NCBI GenBank assembly: GCA_965215015.1
Contig: OZ244042.1
Coordinates: forward strand, 576,001 to 640,000
Length of the DNA stretch: 64,000 nt
Reading direction: 5' to 3'
From: Candidatus Poribacteria bacterium
GTDB taxonomy: Bacteria; Poribacteria; WGA-4E; PCPOR2b
Shown: positions 58,859 through 64,000 of the stretch, piece after piece
Layout: each line of letters begins with the position of its first letter
Position numbering within the stretch: position 1 is the stretch's first letter
The notes under the pieces: generated by a model
What the model saw: the letters and a program-made list of their open reading frames with translations, nothing else
Told to the model about the DNA's origin: nothing
Databases searched by the model: none
Position numbers and translations under genes: made by a program

Positions 58859-59590
58859 TCACGCCTCGCGCTTCTTATGCCATATCTTTTCAAATCGGTC
58901 TCGTGGGGCGAAGCCAAGGATTCGCTTTGCCTTATCATTGGTAAACCGCTGATGGGGCAGGTCGGTGAAGATACTAAACACCTCGCACCGCGATGGGAGT
59001 TCGTTGAGATCGATTTCTAAGCCGAGACGGAACGCTTCCCCCGCATCTCGCCAAGACACTGAAAATGGGGTGAGGTCTGTGCCTTCTGCCGGGTCATCGT
59101 CATTTCGGAAGTTGTAAAAGAGATAGCAAAGGACGTAAATATCGTAGTTTTCAGTAAATATTTTACAGATTTCCTGTCCGAGCCCTTTTGTGATAGGGTA
59201 CAAACCTGTCCCCGGTTGGGGTGGAACGTCCGGATCTATCTCATAATCGTAGTGTTCGTAAGTTGGACCTGTGATTGTAAAATGCGGTCCCGTGTTGATA
59301 ACCCTTCGGATACCGTGTTCAACCGCCGCTCGCATTGTGTTGTAGCAACCACGTGTGCTCACGTCGAAAGCAATTTGTCGATCATGGCGAAGGACGGAGC
59401 AGTTAATGATTGCATCTATTCCCTCCGCTGCCCGCATGACATCGTCCAAGGATGAGACATCCACCTGCATTGATTCATGTTTCGTGTCAATCGGCTTGAT
59501 GTCCGTGATACGGAGTTGGTAGTATGGCTCCAACGCTTTTTCGACATGGGGACCTAGATACCCGTGTCCCCCCAAAATCAATACTTTCAT
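58859..59590 (-). CDS. NAD-dependent epimerase/dehydratase (uronate dehydrogenase-like SDR)
   Basis: GGHGYLG Rossmann motif and YPITK catalytic motif. Confidence 0.85.
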   Translation of the reverse strand: MKVLILGGHGYLGPHVEKALEPYYQLRITDIKPIDTKHESMQVDVSSLDDVMRAAEGIDAIINCSVLRHDRQIAFDVSTRGCYNTMRAAVEHGIRRVINTGPHFTITGPTYEHYDYEIDPDVPPQPGTGLYPITKGLGQEICKIFTENYDIYVLCYLFYNFRNDDDPAEGTDLTPFSVSWRDAGEAFRLGLEIDLNELPSRCEVFSIFTDLPHQRFTNDKAKRILGFAPRDRFEKIWHKKREA

Positions 59591-59600
59591 ACCTCACCTC

Positions 59601-60305
59601 CTAGACCGAAAATTGCGGGTTAAACTCGAGCGATGTTTTTGCCTTGTTGATGAAAAAGCGCGAATTGGAAAATTCTGACTGGATATGATAGATTTCCCAT
59701 CTTCTTTCACCGGAAGTGTTGAGGGCGCATTCAAAGGCATGAATCGCATCGTTCATCTCAAGCCATGTCGAGTCAAATGGTTGATTCCGCGCTGCCTCTG
59801 CCGTGACCAGCGTACCGAGTCGGAGGCAGGCGATGTTCATGTGTCCTTCGCGGGCAAATTCTCGACAGGTAAACTCACCGAGATACTTTGATAAAATCAA
59901 CGCGTTCGTTGTTGGCCGCGGCCGCCACACTTCGGAGACCGTCCAATCTTCGTTATGCGAATCAAAGAGATGAAGGGTGCTTGCATAGATTGTGCGGGGA
60001 ACGCGCTCTTCAATTGCTGCCATCAGGAGGTTGTAGGTGCAGCGTGTCTGGAAGTCCATCTCTGAGTTTTCTGGTTGGTTTGATTCGGAAAGAAGGGAAG
60101 GCGGCAGCTGTGCTACATGTACAATGGTATCTATTCCCTGAACGAGCTTGTTTGTTGACTCATCATGCCCAAGGTCGCAACGCACAAATTCAAACTCAGT
60201 TTCGACATCAATTAAATCTGTCAAACGAATCTGATGCTCGCTGGACAATGCGCTGGCCAATCCTTGTGCCAAGTCCGAAGCGGCTGAAGTGATAAGAATA
60301 TTCAT
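59601..60305 (-). CDS. NAD-dependent epimerase/dehydratase-like protein with degenerate motifs
   Basis: ILITSAASDLA in place of GxxGxxG; LILSK in place of YxxxK; GGAG before ATG 60305. Confidence 0.75.
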   Translation of the reverse strand: MNILITSAASDLAQGLASALSSEHQIRLTDLIDVETEFEFVRCDLGHDESTNKLVQGIDTIVHVAQLPPSLLSESNQPENSEMDFQTRCTYNLLMAAIEERVPRTIYASTLHLFDSHNEDWTVSEVWRPRPTTNALILSKYLGEFTCREFAREGHMNIACLRLGTLVTAEAARNQPFDSTWLEMNDAIHAFECALNTSGERRWEIYHIQSEFSNSRFFINKAKTSLEFNPQFSV

Positions 60306-60456
60306 AGTGAATCTCCAACAGATAGTATGGCCAGCACTCCACAGATGCTCCCATTGGATTGAGCGGGTTTGGGGAGCACTGGTAATGATAAAAGCGGGTT
60401 TAATACATACAAGTTTCAATATGGGAACAAACAAAATCTCATTGCGGTTTTGTCTC

Positions 60457-60807
60457 TTAAACTGTCGCTTCGACGGTAAAACCGCCGACCAGCGAATAGT
60501 TTGCCGCATAATGGTGGAGTTTGGCATTAATTTCCAATATCTCGTCCGGTGTGTGATGGGCACCTTCTTTGGACCAAACCGCGTTATTCGCCTCCACACT
60601 TTCCCAGAGCGTCATCCATACATAATCGTGTTCGGATTGTGCGACGCCGGCGAGGTTCCCCTTGTAACCCTTGAGCAACTCGATACTAAGACAGCTAGGA
60701 AGTGCACGAATCGTGGGTAGAAATTGACGCAGCATAAAGTCCTCAAACTGTTCGCGTTCAACATTCGGCTTTAGTTCAATCGTATGAATGGCGCGAAAAT
60801 GTGACAT
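60457..60807 (-). CDS. Small hypothetical protein (dimeric alpha+beta barrel-like)
   Basis: LKP.V..EQFE.FM....LP and Y.W.T.WESVEA; AAGGAG RBS. Confidence 0.65.
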   Translation of the reverse strand: MSHFRAIHTIELKPNVEREQFEDFMLRQFLPTIRALPSCLSIELLKGYKGNLAGVAQSEHDYVWMTLWESVEANNAVWSKEGAHHTPDEILEINAKLHHYAANYSLVGGFTVEATV

Positions 60808-60898
60808 TTCGTACTCCTTTACCAAAATAATAAAAATGGGAAAGCAAAATATGGTTATGCTTTCCCATGGATTTGACGCAAGTTCTTGGCTAAACTCC

Positions 60899-61978
60899 TT
60901 ATCTGCCACCGATAAAATCTTCCACCATCGCCAAGGCTTCGGCGTCAGCATACTGACGCGGCGGCGACTTCATGAAATAGGCACTTGGACCATAGAGTGC
61001 ACCGCTGACACCACGATCTCGTGCAATTTTGCAGCAACGAATCGCGTCAATCGCTACTCCCGCGGAATTAGGCGAATCCCATACCTCCAATTTGACTTCT
61101 GCCCGGACGGGAATATCACCGAATTCGGTTCCTTCAAGATAGAGATAGCACCACTTCCGGTCTTCGAGGAAGGGTACGTAATCGCTGGGACCGATATAGA
61201 CATTTTTCGGTGCGACCTCATGGTTGAGTTGGGAAACAACCGCATCCGTCTTAGAGATGCGTTTGGATTCCAATCGCTCTTTTTCTAACATGTTTTTGAA
61301 GTCCATGTTCCCGCCAACGTTTAATTGAGACGTGCGTTCAAGTTTCACGCCGCGGTCACTCATCAGTTTTGCCAGGGCGCGGTGAACGATGGTGGCTCCA
61401 AATTGCGCTTTAATATCGTCCCCAACGATAGGCAACCCTGCCGCTTCAAACTTTGCACGCCATTCATCGTTTTTCGCGATGAATACAGGCATACAATTCA
61501 CGACTGCACAACCGGCGTCCAACGCCTGTGCTATATACCATTTGGTCGCTTCCTCGCTGCCGACAGGCAGATAGTTGATGAGAATATCAGCTTGACTTTC
61601 GCGCAGAATCTCAGCCACATCAACGACCTCAGCCGGCGATTCATCGACCGTCTCATGGTAGTATTTGGCAAACCCATCCATCGTGGCTCCACGCTGGACA
61701 GTTACGCCGGTCTTTGGCACGTCTGAGAATTTTATGGTGTTATTAATTTCGGCAAAAATCGCATCGGCGACATCAAGCCCGACTTTGTTCTTATCGACAT
61801 CAAAAGCTGCAACAACTTTAACATCACTCACATGGTAGGGGCCGAACTTAACGTGCATGAGACCGGGAACGAACTCATCTTCTTTGGCATCTCGATAATA
61901 TTCAATACCTTGAAGCAAAGAAGATGCACAGTTTCCGATACCAACAACGGCAACTCGAATTTCAGGCATTTTAGTCAT
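60899..61978 (-). CDS. ino1: myo-inositol-1-phosphate synthase
   Basis: [40 protein letters not shown] and WDSPNSAG motifs. Confidence 0.95.
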   Translation of the reverse strand: MTKMPEIRVAVVGIGNCASSLLQGIEYYRDAKEDEFVPGLMHVKFGPYHVSDVKVVAAFDVDKNKVGLDVADAIFAEINNTIKFSDVPKTGVTVQRGATMDGFAKYYHETVDESPAEVVDVAEILRESQADILINYLPVGSEEATKWYIAQALDAGCAVVNCMPVFIAKNDEWRAKFEAAGLPIVGDDIKAQFGATIVHRALAKLMSDRGVKLERTSQLNVGGNMDFKNMLEKERLESKRISKTDAVVSQLNHEVAPKNVYIGPSDYVPFLEDRKWCYLYLEGTEFGDIPVRAEVKLEVWDSPNSAGVAIDAIRCCKIARDRGVSGALYGPSAYFMKSPPRQYADAEALAMVEDFIGGR

Positions 61979-62079
61979 TCTCCTTAGTATATATTCAAAT
62001 CAATACATCATTGGTTTTGTTCATTATAACATGAGTAGCCATAAATTTCCATTTGTATTTAGTGGGTTGAGGTTAAAGG

Positions 62080-63552
62080 TCAAACCGAATCCAACGGAAA
62101 GATTGGTCGCCGCACGTTCTGATACGTAAAATGCAGCGGATTCACCGCCGTCAGTCCGGGGGTGTCAACCTCAATAATCTTCCCTGCGATAGGCTCATAG
62201 GCTGCACGATAAGCAATGGCAGCCTTGACAACGATATATTTCATCTGCCGTGGATTAATTCCCAAACTGAAAAGTTGATGCAGACTGAATGGCACTTGAC
62301 GTTTGCTCGTTAGAACAATCTGGTTCTTCTCTTCAATTTCTACAACTGCTGTGATACCTTGATCTTGGTATCGCTGACCACCGTGCCGCGGCTCTGTTTC
62401 TTCGTAGTAACCGTCGTGGATGAGACGGACATGCCCACGGATTGGGACTGGTGAGCCGTGTAGGTCGTCGGATTTCCCACCGACGGTCAAATCAACTGTC
62501 CCGCGAACACCCGCCTGAATACACGCTTCCACCTCCTGCGGTGCATAGAGGATACAAACGAACCCGTCCGCTTTCTGCCGCACCAGTTCACTCAAAATAA
62601 ACGTGCTGTCTCCCGGCGAACCGCCCCCAATGTTATCTCCCATCTCGACTAGTATAACGGGGTGTGCCTCGCTTTCCATTGCTTGCACCACTGCTGCTGC
62701 TGCATCTAGAAGGTTGATGTCCAACTGATTGTGTACATTCCACAGCATCTGCGATAACCGCTCCGCTTCTATTTGGGCGAGTTGTAAATCGTTATCGGTC
62801 ACAACAACGGCGGTGGGCCCAATCTCATAGACATCGGCGTACGGATACCCTGCCGCAATGTTTGCCGCGAGCACATTAGATCTGGTTTCCAGCTGTGCTG
62901 CCTCCTGAAGAATCGAGTGCATCGGCTCAACGTTGGTGTATTGATGTAGGATATTGAAAATCATCTGCGGCTTGGCGAGGGCTTGGGTTGGCTTAATTTC
63001 CGCGCGAACCGTACGCGTCAGAATCTCTGCGGCTTGGATTCCACGCTGGCGCTGATCGATGTGTGGATTCGTTTTGTAGATGACCAACGCCGTTGATTCC
63101 GCGACCATCCGTTCAGAGACATTCGTGTGGTGGTCAAGCGTGGAGACGATGGGAAAATCGCTGCCCAACGCACGGCGCATCCGGCGGAGCACCTCACCAT
63201 CGCCATCGGGATAGCTTTCAACGACCATCGCACCATGCAGGGCAAGTAACACCCCATCAAGATTGCACACTGACTGAACGCGCTGGATCAGTTCAGTAAC
63301 AATCTCGTTAAAGACCTCATCAGTCACTCTGCCCGCAGGTGTGGCTGCAGCCACCAGGGTTGGGTGCAAGTTCCAGTCATATACTGATGCGCCTTCGATA
63401 AAGCCGCCAATCTCATGATGGGCTTCTCCCCAAATATCAAGGATGTTATCATCGAAGATTAGGTGCCCGGACTCAAATGCAGCACGGTCTGTCGGTACAT
63501 TGCTGAACGTGTTAGACTCGTGCATGATGCCCCCAATTGCGATGGTTGCCAT
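62080..63552 (-). CDS. M81 family metallopeptidase (MlrC-like)
   Basis: HESNTF, LALHGAMV, LDHH.N, Y.T.PH.D, DN.GGG..GD.T and RRPIFPLD motifs. Confidence 0.92.
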   Translation of the reverse strand: MATIAIGGIMHESNTFSNVPTDRAAFESGHLIFDDNILDIWGEAHHEIGGFIEGASVYDWNLHPTLVAAATPAGRVTDEVFNEIVTELIQRVQSVCNLDGVLLALHGAMVVESYPDGDGEVLRRMRRALGSDFPIVSTLDHHTNVSERMVAESTALVIYKTNPHIDQRQRGIQAAEILTRTVRAEIKPTQALAKPQMIFNILHQYTNVEPMHSILQEAAQLETRSNVLAANIAAGYPYADVYEIGPTAVVVTDNDLQLAQIEAERLSQMLWNVHNQLDINLLDAAAAVVQAMESEAHPVILVEMGDNIGGGSPGDSTFILSELVRQKADGFVCILYAPQEVEACIQAGVRGTVDLTVGGKSDDLHGSPVPIRGHVRLIHDGYYEETEPRHGGQRYQDQGITAVVEIEEKNQIVLTSKRQVPFSLHQLFSLGINPRQMKYIVVKAAIAYRAAYEPIAGKIIEVDTPGLTAVNPLHFTYQNVRRPIFPLDSV

Positions 63553-63571
63553 AATCTTTCCCTTCCCCGTA

Positions 63572-63868
63572 TTGACATACTCCTACCCCCTAAAGGAAGG
63601 GATTCTCACCCGTCCCAATAGGACTGGAATTGTGCTATCTGCAAAGTTAGCCGTGCGAACACGGTCTTACAACTTCTTCTGCCAGGGTTGATACCCCAAC
63701 CCTATACGCGGTGTTGCAATCTCTATCCAATTGTGTATGGCAGTTTGGACACTACCACGTCCTATCTTGCAGATTGAACGCTTCATTGATTGCACTGCAA
63801 GCCGATCAGGCCTGGCTCGAAGGATACCACTTATCAATGAAAGTGATGGTTTTGCCCTTCTTTTTTGT
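63572..63868 (-). mobile_element. tnpB: IS200/IS605 remnant: tnpB 3' pseudogene fragment, reRNA-like segment and right end
   Basis: Minus strand reads KKKGKTITFIDKWYPSSQA*SAC...DRTW*CPNCHTQLDRD.N (zinc ribbon/RuvC-III), then GAATCCCTTCCTTTAGGGGGTAGGAGTATGTCAA. Confidence 0.8.
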
Positions 63869-63872
63869 CAAT

Positions 63873-63908
63873 ACGAGCTACTACGTCCTGACGAGCTACT
63901 ACGTCCTG
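63873..63908. repeat. Perfect 18-bp tandem duplication
   Basis: ACGAGCTACTACGTCCTG x2, at the break point of the tnpB remnant. Confidence 0.95.
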
Positions 63909-64000
63909 AATCGCTTGGCTTGGCAACTGGTTCCAATGAGTAAAACGAGGCAATCGCTTGCGTTTGACAATATGATTTATCTATCTAAACTTGCTGATAT

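Noticed and set aside
63731-63943. 70-aa plus-strand ORF
   Set aside because: Antisense shadow of the tnpB remnant.
1-64000. CRISPR array, rRNA, tRNA, tmRNA, RNase P or SRP RNA
   Set aside because: No regularly spaced repeat-spacer array and no diagnostic RNA signatures seen by eye. The repeats are dispersed palindromes and MITEs.

Overview
A gene-dense bacterial chromosomal window with roughly mid-range GC. The mix of PhyH dioxygenases, many TPR proteins, Gfo/Idh/MocA and sugar-isomerase enzymes, an acidic Ig-like lipoprotein and palindromic intergenic repeats suggests Candidatus Poribacteria or a similar lineage (inference only). Recognisable housekeeping genes are queF, dprA, truA, the rho-rpmE-(phyH)-prfA-prmC cluster, leuD, copA, chrA, lgt and ino1. 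No rRNA, tRNA or CRISPR array was seen. The main oddities are: (1) a protein with two tandem Hfq/Sm-like domains and a very basic N-tail, divergent from an unannotated ~210-nt rod-shaped, 6S-like RNA; (2) two IS200/IS605 derivatives that keep a TnpB-type right-end RNA (reRNA), one with no ORF and one with a dead tnpB tail whose predicted guide covers the RBS of the next gene; (3) a secreted YceI protein capped at both ends by Asn-Pro-Cys repeats; (4) a decayed in-frame MNT-HEPN fusion; (5) MITE and REP-like repeat families and a duplicated promoter cassette. All calls come from reading motifs by eye; no searches or folding programs were run.
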